Positions 36,325-44,532 of a stretch of DNA of 64,000 bases are shown here, piece by piece. How positions within the stretch are numbered: the first letter of the stretch is position 1; each line of letters starts with the position of its first letter. The notes beneath the pieces were generated by a model. The model did no database searches and was not told the origin of the DNA. It worked only from the letters and a program-made list of their open reading frames with translations. The stretch is from Candidatus Nanosyncoccus sp. (GTDB lineage: Bacteria; Patescibacteriota; Saccharimonadia; Saccharimonadales; Saccharimonadaceae). The stretch is taken from positions 17,164 through 81,163 of the forward strand of contig JAZRJZ010000006.1 in assembly GCA_045646085.1 (NCBI GenBank). The letters run 5' to 3'. The translations under genes were made by a program, and so were the position numbers.

Positions 36325-36347
36325 CCCCGGCATCTGCCGGGGTTTTT
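36325..36347. terminator. Intrinsic terminator CCCCGGC-ATCT-GCCGGGG-TTTTT
   Basis: Read directly. It lies between the convergent small ORF and mazG. Confidence 0.8.
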
Positions 36348-36358
36348 CTTGTCGTTGT

Positions 36359-36697
36359 TTATCTGTTGTCGCCAGCGCCGTGTAACTTATTGCGCTCCTT
36401 ACGACTAGTTAGTTTCAGGACATTCATCTTTGCAACCTCAGAAAAGGGAACGTCCAAATATCTTGCGATACTCGCCACGTACCAGATTACATCACCTAAC
36501 TCTTTTACTATCTCTTTTTTGTCCTCATCTGTAGCGCGCCCATCCTTATCGCGTAAAACCTTTTTGACTTTATCGGCTGTTTCTCCGGCCTCACCAGCAA
36601 GCCCCAATACTTTCTCTATGAATCCGACCTCTGTCAATTTCCCTGGCCCATACAAATCAAACTCTTGAATTGCCTCTTGATATTCGTCAAAATCCAT
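36359..36697 (-). CDS. MazG-like nucleoside triphosphate pyrophosphohydrolase (single-domain)
   Basis: GLAGEAGETADKVKK...ELGDVIWY is the EExxE/D MazG helix pattern. Confidence 0.7.
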   Translation of the reverse strand: MDFDEYQEAIQEFDLYGPGKLTEVGFIEKVLGLAGEAGETADKVKKVLRDKDGRATDEDKKEIVKELGDVIWYVASIARYLDVPFSEVAKMNVLKLTSRKERNKLHGAGDNR

Positions 36698-36729
36698 CTT
36701 ACCTCCTCTTTATGCTATAATTATATCAC

Positions 36730-37251
36730 ATGGAAGATACGCGCAATTTGATAGATGAGTACAAAGGGCTCAAAAATGAACAAGTTTTTGATGAACTGTC
36801 CAAGTCGCGTACACCTTTAGAAATTGCCATCGAAAACCTTGAACACGATTTTAATATTGGCTCAATTGTCCGCACTGCCAACTCCTTTAATGTGAAAAAA
36901 GTTCACATCATCGGCAAGAAAAAATACAACCGTCGCGGTGCTATGTGTACAGATAAATATTTAGAGATTTTGCATCACCCCACCATTAAAGAGTTTCTCA
37001 AAACTCAGAAGGGCAGGGAATTGGTTGCCATAGAAAACAATCTAGAGCGCGCCAAACCCCTAAAGGATAAATTATTTGAACAAAATACCACCCTTATTTT
37101 TGGTTCCGAAAGAGACGGCATCACAAAAGAATTACTCAAAAAAGCCAAAGATATTAGGTATATCGAAAGCTTTGGCTCTACTCGTTCAGTTAACGTCGGC
37201 GTCGCCGCAGGGATTGCAATGTATGAGTACATCCGCCAAATCATCCTCTAA
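36730..37251 (+). CDS. SpoU/TrmH-family RNA 2'-O-methyltransferase
   Basis: NIGSIVRTANSF, LIFGSERDGI, SVNVGVAAGIAMYE. Confidence 0.8.
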   Translation: MEDTRNLIDEYKGLKNEQVFDELSKSRTPLEIAIENLEHDFNIGSIVRTANSFNVKKVHIIGKKKYNRRGAMCTDKYLEILHHPTIKEFLKTQKGRELVAIENNLERAKPLKDKLFEQNTTLIFGSERDGITKELLKKAKDIRYIESFGSTRSVNVGVAAGIAMYEYIRQIIL

Positions 37252-38056
37252 AACTCGTTCCAAGAGTAATTTTCTTCAACGTATTAATACTAGGTTTCCT
37301 TGGTTGAAGCTGGTCGCAGTATTAGTTATCGGTATTATCGCTATTCTTGATCTTCTTGATCTCACCATCTCTAAGGCCAATGAAACCTACCACGAAATCA
37401 GTATCGCTCCGATGTCTAAGCATATTCGTATCACAGAGCGAGATATTACTGGCAAAAAACTAGTAGCACTCACTTTCGACGACGGGCCTTCCAGCGCCAC
37501 TACACCATCCTTGCTAGATACGCTCAAAAACCGTGACGTGCCAGCCACTTTCTTTATGCTAGGATATATGGCTCGTAGCAATCCAGAGATCGTCAAACGT
37601 ATCAAAGCGGAAGGTCACGATATTGCTAGCCATACCATGTATCACCAAAATCTAATCCGAATTACTCCAGCCGCCGTTCAGGCAGACATCAACGAAGCAA
37701 ATGCAGTTTTTCAAGATATACTTGGGCATTCACTCGAATATACTCGTCCGCCATACGGCAATATCAATGACGCAGTCAGGAACAACGTCGGTACCCCAAT
37801 GATTCTGTGGTCTGTTGATACTCTAGACTGGAAAAATCAAAACACTGATTCAATCATCTCCACGACGATGAGTGAGGTTTCGGACGGAGCAATCATTCTC
37901 ATGCACGATATTTATCCCACTACTGTTAACGCAGTCCCAGTCTTAATCGATGAACTCAGAAAAGCTGGCTATGAATTTGTCACCATATCCGAACTCACCA
38001 AAATCCGCGACTACACCCTCCAAAACGGAACCGCCTACTACAATTTCCGTCCTTAG
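37223..38056 (+). CDS. Polysaccharide deacetylase (CE4/NodB) with an N-terminal TM anchor
   Basis: LTFDDGPS, HTMYH, RPPYG, LMHD. The start was moved to the ATG at 37223 (the ORF track begins at 37076, inside trmH). Confidence 0.75.
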   Translation: MSTSAKSSSKTRSKSNFLQRINTRFPWLKLVAVLVIGIIAILDLLDLTISKANETYHEISIAPMSKHIRITERDITGKKLVALTFDDGPSSATTPSLLDTLKNRDVPATFFMLGYMARSNPEIVKRIKAEGHDIASHTMYHQNLIRITPAAVQADINEANAVFQDILGHSLEYTRPPYGNINDAVRNNVGTPMILWSVDTLDWKNQNTDSIISTTMSEVSDGAIILMHDIYPTTVNAVPVLIDELRKAGYEFVTISELTKIRDYTLQNGTAYYNFRP

Positions 38057-38292
38057 CCGCCTAGTCCAAACAACAGCCTAATAAGTCCACCAAAGATAAA
38101 AGTATGTAGATTCGCAGCGCATATTAGCCCCACGATAATTGTAATTACTCCTACCAATTTTACTCTCTCGTAAGAAGACACGCCATTTGCAAGGTTATCA
38201 GAAATTTGACGATAAAATATCACCAACAACGCCCCAGCCAAAGCTATTGCGAGTCCCCCAAATAGCCAACTCAAACTAAATTCGTAACTCAT
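38053..38292 (-). CDS. Small membrane protein
   Basis: Two or three hydrophobic helices. Confidence 0.4.
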   Translation of the reverse strand: MSYEFSLSWLFGGLAIALAGALLVIFYRQISDNLANGVSSYERVKLVGVITIIVGLICAANLHTFIFGGLIRLLFGLGG

Positions 38293-38363
38293 AAGCCTTA
38301 TTGTATCACAATCTAAGGCCCCGAGGTTGACAATTTTAACTTTTTCGGTAAAATATAAGCCAT

Positions 38364-38440
38364 GGGGTAATAGCTCAGCTGATTAGAGCGCTGCCTTTGC
38401 AAGGCAGAGGTCCTGGGTTTGAGTCCCAGTTACTCCACCA
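38364..38440 (+). tRNA. tRNA-Ala (anticodon UGC)
   Basis: GGGGTAA acceptor with G3:U70, anticodon loop TTTGCAA, encoded CCA. The promoter TTGACA...TAAAAT lies upstream. Confidence 0.9.
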
Positions 38441-38627
38441 AAGTAGGAGCCGAGCGAAAAGTGAACCTGTTCACTTTTCAAGTAGGTGACGAATTACTTA
38501 AAATAGTGCTTGCACATATTTTAAGTAATGAGGAAGCTACGAAAAGAAAGTTTACTTTCTTTTCCGAGGCGACGTCCATTGGACGACTTTGAGCGTCAGC
38601 GAAAAGTCGACCAAACGTTAAAAATTT

Positions 38628-38704
38628 GGGGATATAGCTCAGCTGGTTAGAGCGCGTCACTGATAATGACGAGGTCTGTGGTTCAAGTCCACATATCCCC
38701 ACCA
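38628..38704 (+). tRNA. tRNA-Ile (anticodon GAU)
   Basis: GGGGATA acceptor, anticodon loop CTGATAA, GGTTCAAGTCC T-arm, encoded CCA. Confidence 0.9.
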
Positions 38705-38741
38705 AATTTTATCTAACTCGGCATTTTAGCCGATTTTTTAG
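38697..38741. repeat. Direct repeat copy 1 (last 8 nt of tRNA-Ile plus its trailer/terminator)
   Basis: CCCCACCAAATTTTATCTAACTCGGCATTTTAGCCGATTTTTTA is repeated at 39825-39870 with about 4 mismatches. Confidence 0.8.
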
Positions 38742-38915
38742 TGGTAAATTTCTGTTAAGTACCCTGCGGCAATAGTATGAAATTTTGAACAATTTTATGG
38801 CAAAAAACTGTCAAAAAACGCAGTTTTTACCCCTATAAAAATGTCTGTTAATACCCTAAACAATTTGGTCTCACAAAAAGCACCTGCAATATAAAACTGC
38901 GATGCTTTTTAAACC

Positions 38916-39731
38916 TTAGTTATTCGTAAAATCCGACGTTGCGAATTGTTCTAATTCTTTAACAGTTCCAGATTCCGCGTTCAAGCTATAGATAGCCCTG
39001 TGATACAATCTCTGAGTGCCGTTGTTATAATGGCAACTATAATTTACGGCAATTGGTATATCCGTACTTAAATCAAAGCCTAGAGATTGAGTCAAATAAT
39101 TATGCCCATTCATATATTCTACCGAGAATGATTCGCATTGAGAAAGATATATTTTATCATCATTAGAATAAAGATTATACTTGGCAACTTCTGGCATTCC
39201 GTTTTTAATCTTTTGATCTGTCAAAGGTTTCATTGCTGAAACTAAATCGAATTGTCTTAAATCATCAGTCGAACCAAGCTTTTTAGTATCCAAGATATAA
39301 TACTTGTCGTCTTCGGAAGAAATGTTGTTGAGGGCCGTTCTAGTACCGCCACTGACGTAAACTAGTTCGTAACGCTGATTTTCTGCATTGCCAAACTTAT
39401 TCACAAATAAAGAATAATTTCCGTTAGAAGTAGACGTCGTTGACTCTTCGGTTATATCGTCAGCCGTAGTTATTTCCGATAACTCATCCTGCTTAGAAAT
39501 ACTTTGTTCTGCTTTTGTGCTTTCTTCTTGCTCAGCCATTTGGTTTTTTAGATTCTCGATTTCTGTACTACTTGAATTATTCTGAATCATACCATAAACA
39601 CCAAACCCAATACCACAAACAGCCACAATACACGCAACTGCCGTAGTGATTTTTAATCCATTACCATTTTTTTGCTTATTTTCTACTATTGGCGCTACTG
39701 GTACCCCAGTATCAGAATTTTGTTCCATCAA
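38916..39731 (-). CDS. Hypothetical membrane-anchored protein
   Basis: One TM helix near the N-terminus. It is the only gene between the two direct-repeat copies. Confidence 0.5.
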   Translation of the reverse strand: MMEQNSDTGVPVAPIVENKQKNGNGLKITTAVACIVAVCGIGFGVYGMIQNNSSSTEIENLKNQMAEQEESTKAEQSISKQDELSEITTADDITEESTTSTSNGNYSLFVNKFGNAENQRYELVYVSGGTRTALNNISSEDDKYYILDTKKLGSTDDLRQFDLVSAMKPLTDQKIKNGMPEVAKYNLYSNDDKIYLSQCESFSVEYMNGHNYLTQSLGFDLSTDIPIAVNYSCHYNNGTQRLYHRAIYSLNAESGTVKELEQFATSDFTNN

Positions 39732-39824
39732 ATTTCCTTTCTATAATACTTATGTTTCTATTATAGCATGGTTTAATATTTCTCGTACGTCTTCCTTATA
39801 GATTGTTAATACCTGCCCAATTTG

Positions 39825-39870
39825 CCCCCACCAGATTTTATCTAACTCGGCAACATAGCCGATTTTTTAT
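39825..39870. repeat. Direct repeat copy 2 (tRNA-Ile 3' end plus trailer)
   Basis: CCCCCACCAGATTTTATCTAACTCGGCAACATAGCCGATTTTTTAT. Confidence 0.8.
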
Positions 39871-40652
39871 TGCCAATCAAAATCATCTGAATCAAAATCA
39901 CCTAAGTCAAACTCATCATCCTCATCCGAGTCGGAAACATCTCTTTCCGCAGAGGGAAGAACAAACGGGTCATTTTCACTTTTTCTCTGTCTTTCCTCTG
40001 TCTGCTTTTTTACTTTTTCAAGTCTCGCATCGAGTTCTTCTTTGAATTCTCCAGATATTTCTGGTTCAAAATGCGGGTTTAATTCTACGACACCAGTTTT
40101 TGCGTTATAGTTTCCCAAAATAAATCTTCTATCTATATAATTTGTTGGTCGTCCTTGCGCATCCTCGTGTTCAACAAAATAAGCCTGCGTCCTCTCTGTG
40201 GGTAGATCCGTATACATATGGTAGTAATCTAAGGGAAAACGCATTAAAATCACGTTTTCTGCATTTCTGTGGGGCCAATTGTCTAGCTTTTCTTTCATTT
40301 TTGAAAAATCCAGTTCGCCCTCCAAAGAGCTCCATAATCCAACGGTGTTATTCGTTAAATCTGTCGATCCTACGATGCGCGAATCTCTGTCCTCTCCGAC
40401 CATCGAACCGAGCGATTCATATCCTCTCACCCCTTCCTCAAAAATACTCTCAACTATCTCGTGCCCGTTTCCGGCGGACGCAGTCCCGTGTCCCGAAATC
40501 ATTGAGTTTTCAAAAGAATAAAGATTAGCAATCTCTTCTAGTTTTACGAATTTTCTCTCTCCAGCAAACTCGGGTACGTCTTTTAAATATTCTTCACCCC
40601 AAATTGATTCTTCCTCTAACTGTTCGTTGCTCGATTGAATAGCTTCGCTCAT
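39867..40652 (-). CDS. Hypothetical protein with a very acidic C-terminus
   Basis: Long ORF ending ...DSDEDDEFDLGDFDSDDFDWQ. Confidence 0.5.
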   Translation of the reverse strand: MSEAIQSSNEQLEEESIWGEEYLKDVPEFAGERKFVKLEEIANLYSFENSMISGHGTASAGNGHEIVESIFEEGVRGYESLGSMVGEDRDSRIVGSTDLTNNTVGLWSSLEGELDFSKMKEKLDNWPHRNAENVILMRFPLDYYHMYTDLPTERTQAYFVEHEDAQGRPTNYIDRRFILGNYNAKTGVVELNPHFEPEISGEFKEELDARLEKVKKQTEERQRKSENDPFVLPSAERDVSDSDEDDEFDLGDFDSDDFDWQ

Positions 40653-40661
40653 TTTTGACCT

Positions 40662-41588
40662 TTATTTAAACAATTTATGATCAAGCTTCAATTTATCGAC
40701 AAAATTCGTAATCAAGCGGATGTCTTTAGTGACTTTCTCGGTTTCGACCGCCTCATCAAGCTCCTTAAATACTCCCGGAGCCTCAAAAGCATCCTTTCCG
40801 TCATTTAACCCTATCAATAGGCGGTTATCCAAAAAGCCGAGCATAAAAGACGCCTCGTACTCGTGGTTTAAATCAAGAATATTATTGATAAAATCTGGAC
40901 CCAGTAGATAAAAGGCCTCAAAATCATCTTCGGCATACGTCTTAAACGAACGGTTAAATTCATCAGACTCCAACTCAATTCTTTTGATCTTGCGACCGGT
41001 CTTGGCATCCTCACTTGGCAATCTGGCAGCGCGAAACCCTTTTTCAACCACCTCAAGGCGGAAATTAAATTTCTTTGGAAACTCAAAAATCATGAATCGC
41101 CCTCTAAAAATCGTGATATAAGAGGTGTTTCCTTCGCCGTCACTACGCTTAACTTGTATATGGGCATCAGCTTGAGCAAAAGTAACATCTTTATATTTAC
41201 CCGTGAAATAGTCATTAGAAGTGTAACTGTCTCCAACATTAATCATCTGGGTGTCAATTAGTGCATCTCTTTCGAGCCCAGCCTCATGATCATAATGTAT
41301 ATCCGTAAAGGTCTGTCGAAGGCTCTTTTCAACAAAATAAGTTTTGTAGGCTAATTTGTAAGCTTTAGCCTCCTTATTAGTAATAAAAAAGACCAGAATA
41401 ATTGCGTAGAAAATCATAAACAGCATCACAATACTGATATAGAAAAAGACATCGAGAAAGGAGCTAACTCTAGAAATAGCGAAAACAGCAATCAAGAGAC
41501 AAATAGCCGTCACGCTCGAAATAACAACTACCTTTTTTGCCTTCCGCTTATAAAGTTGATGCGCATTTAAAACATCTTTGAAATCCAT
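40662..41588 (-). CDS. Membrane protein, possibly DUF3137-like
   Basis: Two N-terminal TM helices followed by a soluble domain. The family call is tentative. Confidence 0.35.
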   Translation of the reverse strand: MDFKDVLNAHQLYKRKAKKVVVISSVTAICLLIAVFAISRVSSFLDVFFYISIVMLFMIFYAIILVFFITNKEAKAYKLAYKTYFVEKSLRQTFTDIHYDHEAGLERDALIDTQMINVGDSYTSNDYFTGKYKDVTFAQADAHIQVKRSDGEGNTSYITIFRGRFMIFEFPKKFNFRLEVVEKGFRAARLPSEDAKTGRKIKRIELESDEFNRSFKTYAEDDFEAFYLLGPDFINNILDLNHEYEASFMLGFLDNRLLIGLNDGKDAFEAPGVFKELDEAVETEKVTKDIRLITNFVDKLKLDHKLFK

Positions 41589-41907
41589 AAACTAATTATA
41601 ACATAAAAGGGAAGCCGGTCCTTTCGGGGCGGGTTCTCAGGTCATACATGTATTTTAAGTAGCCTCGCAGTTTAATCTACTTAAAACTACCTCTATTGTA
41701 TATCACGTGACGCATAATGTCAAGTACTTTTTTCCACAAATTGTTCAAAACTTCGCAAAAAAGTGTTCGGGTTTTTCCACAATTATTACAACATATTTTT
41801 TAGAATTAGCATATTGACAAACGTTAAGCACTATGATATAATGTACTCATACACTCTTAAAGGGTGGTGTTAATTTTTAATTTGGTGGGCAGAATAGGAG
41901 TTCTAGA

Positions 41908-42108
41908 ATGGCTGGAACTAAAGCTGGCGGCATGAAAGCTGCTGCTACTAACAAAGCTAAATACGGAAAAGAATTCTATGCCCGTATTGGTAAAAAAGGT
42001 GGCCAGAATGGTCACACTGGCGGTTTTGCCGCTAATCCTGCGTTAGCTCGTATTGCTGGTGCTAAAGGCGGACGTATCTCTCGTCGTGGCCCAGCGAAAA
42101 AAGCCTAA
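41908..42108 (+). CDS. KGG-repeat general stress protein (YciG/GsiB-like)
   Basis: GKKGGQN, GAKGG and related repeats. The consensus promoter TTGACA-17-TATAAT lies at 41815-41843. Confidence 0.7.
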   Translation: MAGTKAGGMKAAATNKAKYGKEFYARIGKKGGQNGHTGGFAANPALARIAGAKGGRISRRGPAKKA

Positions 42109-42512
42109 GTGAAGTTTTCACAACGTGGACAATGGTACTCCCCATCTGGAGTCTGAAATCGCGTTAGCCCGCACTTGGGACAACGCGATTTTTTGTGCAA
42201 CCAATCTCTATAAGTATCTAATTCGTTTTGAGCTACCTCTTCATCCCACTCCACCTCATATTTATCGGCTAGATTTTTCGCCTGATCCCACGCTTCGACC
42301 TCCATTTTTAGACGTTTTACATCTGTATTAAAATCTCGATGTCCTAGAGTCGCGTGCCCTAATTCGTGCAGGAGTAAAAGCTCTCTATTTTGCTCGTCTG
42401 GACCAATCACGATAGTCCTTGGTGGCCTAAAAGCAAACTTACGTCCAGAAATAAGCTTGAAATCAGGATAATCATGCCTCAATCTATTTAATAAATCATC
42501 AAACGGTACCAA
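42105..42512 (-). CDS. ImmA/IrrE-like Zn metallopeptidase with a C-terminal zinc ribbon
   Basis: HELGHATLGH (HExxH) and CPKCG...CPRC. Confidence 0.5.
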   Translation of the reverse strand: MVPFDDLLNRLRHDYPDFKLISGRKFAFRPPRTIVIGPDEQNRELLLLHELGHATLGHRDFNTDVKRLKMEVEAWDQAKNLADKYEVEWDEEVAQNELDTYRDWLHKKSRCPKCGLTRFQTPDGEYHCPRCENFT

Positions 42513-42518
42513 AGGGAA

Positions 42519-43292
42519 TCACTCCCGTTCTTTTTGGCGAGCATAGATATAACAACCATATATGACCGACTCGTTTGGGCGCTTTGGTCGGCGGTATCTT
42601 ACCTTCAAATCATTAGGTAGATATTTTGTATACAGCTTAAAAATCTTACCAAGAGGCCCTCCAAGCACGATATTATCAGGGTGGTAAGTGTTAACAATAT
42701 CTGGCAGGCCAAGATAAATGCGTTTTGCTACATCTTCTAATGCTTTCTTATCGCGTAAATCCGTAGCATGATCAATATGATAAGAACTCTCGAGCGCGGA
42801 AGCAGCCGCTATATCCTCCCATTCCTTAATCTTACCGCCATACCAGTACATCTTATGGCCAGGCTCAAAGCTCCGCGATTCTGGCAATATATGATTCTTT
42901 TCTACAATTCCACCACCAATGCCAGTTGAAAAAGTCAAGAAAATCGTCTTTCCAGGCAGTCCAAAACCTTCAAAAAGCGCAGCCAAACTAGCATCATTTT
43001 CAAAATAAACTGGGCAGTCGAACAACGCTTTTATAGGGGAGAAAATATCCAAATCGTCCCAATTTCGATTACCAAATTTTACTGTATAATTTTTTTGTAC
43101 AACACCCGGCGCAGCCACAACTACAGAGCGAATTTTAAATCTTCGGAAAGACTGCAACGCGTCATTAAGGTCTTCTAAAAACACTTTTGAGCTTCGTGAT
43201 GTCTTGAATTTGTTACGCTTTAATACTCGGCCTTTTTTCGAGAAAAGCGCTATTAGTGTTTTTGTTCCTCCAATATCAATCGCTAAGTACAT
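42519..43292 (-). CDS. ROK-family sugar kinase
   Basis: AIDIGGTKT N-terminus and GIGGGIV. Confidence 0.7.
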   Translation of the reverse strand: MYLAIDIGGTKTLIALFSKKGRVLKRNKFKTSRSSKVFLEDLNDALQSFRRFKIRSVVVAAPGVVQKNYTVKFGNRNWDDLDIFSPIKALFDCPVYFENDASLAALFEGFGLPGKTIFLTFSTGIGGGIVEKNHILPESRSFEPGHKMYWYGGKIKEWEDIAAASALESSYHIDHATDLRDKKALEDVAKRIYLGLPDIVNTYHPDNIVLGGPLGKIFKLYTKYLPNDLKVRYRRPKRPNESVIYGCYIYARQKERE

Positions 43293-43405
43293 ATCTTGAT
43301 TATATCATAGATATTTGCTATAATTACCTGAATCTTGGGCTCACTCATTACCCTATTTTTGCTTAGTAGGGCAATGAGTGAGTCTAAAGGAAGGAAATAT
43401 TAATT

Positions 43406-44476
43406 ATGGCAAATGCCAAAAAAGTAACTATGGATGAACTTCTCGAGAAAAACGAAGATTCATTCAAGAAAGCCTTGACGGGAGATACCATCAAGGGGAC
43501 AGTTTTGTCTGTCAAAAAGCACGAAATATTAATTGATCTAGGTCCACAAGGTGTAGGCTTAGTTCCGCGTCGCGAAGTTTCATTCGCGCGTAATCTAAAG
43601 GTCGGCGACGAGGTCACTACCTCTGTTATCGAAGACGAAATGAATGATGGCTATGTTTTGCTTAGCCTCAGAAAAGCCGTCAAAGACAAGGGCTGGGATG
43701 AAATCCAAGCCAAATTAGACGGGAACGAAACCGTAGAAGTCACTCCATTTGACGCCAACCGAGGCGGTCTCTTGGTAGAATACGAAGGTATTCGCGGTTT
43801 TATGCCAGTTTCTCAACTTTCTGCCGAGCATTACCCAAGGGTAGGTTCTGCCGACAAGGACGAAATTTTGCAACGCCTCAATTCATTAGTAGGCAAGTCT
43901 ATCAAGGCTCGCATCCTTGATGCCAACAAGAAGGAAAACAAGCTTATCTTCTCCGAAAAAGAAGCAATCAAAGATGGCTTAGCTGAACGCTTTTCTGAAC
44001 TCAAAGTTGGCGACGTGGTTAAAGGCGTCGTTACTGGTGTAGTGGACTTCGGTGTGTTCGTCAATGTAGATGGCATCGAAGGTTTGGTTCACATTTCTGA
44101 AATCTCATGGGAAAGAGTAAGCAACCCATCTGACTACGTCAAAGTTGGTGACACTATCGAAGCAAAAATCATCGCTATCGACAAAGAACGCTTGTCTCTA
44201 TCTATGAAGCAATTAGTTGAAGATCCTTGGATTTCGGAAGTACAAGGTCTCAAAAAAGGCTCCAAAGTCGAAGGTACGATTACTCGCATTACTCCATTTG
44301 GCGCTTTTGTTCAAATCAGCCCAGCAGTAGAGGCATTAGTCCATGTCTCTGAGCTTGGTGAAGGCTCTGATGTAGATCCAGAGAAGATTTTCACCCTCAA
44401 CGAGCGCAAAAGCTTCAAGGTATTAGACATCGACAAGGAAGGTCGCAAAATTTCGCTTTCCATCGCGAAAAAATAG
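43406..44476 (+). CDS. rpsA: 30S ribosomal protein S1 (four S1 domains)
   Basis: Repeated G..V.G.V......G.FV S1/OB motifs. Confidence 0.85.
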   Translation: MANAKKVTMDELLEKNEDSFKKALTGDTIKGTVLSVKKHEILIDLGPQGVGLVPRREVSFARNLKVGDEVTTSVIEDEMNDGYVLLSLRKAVKDKGWDEIQAKLDGNETVEVTPFDANRGGLLVEYEGIRGFMPVSQLSAEHYPRVGSADKDEILQRLNSLVGKSIKARILDANKKENKLIFSEKEAIKDGLAERFSELKVGDVVKGVVTGVVDFGVFVNVDGIEGLVHISEISWERVSNPSDYVKVGDTIEAKIIAIDKERLSLSMKQLVEDPWISEVQGLKKGSKVEGTITRITPFGAFVQISPAVEALVHVSELGEGSDVDPEKIFTLNERKSFKVLDIDKEGRKISLSIAKK

Positions 44477-44532
44477 CCCAGTCTTCATATTTGTATTTGC
44501 TTATGGTATAATCATACCTAAAGGAGTTTTTA

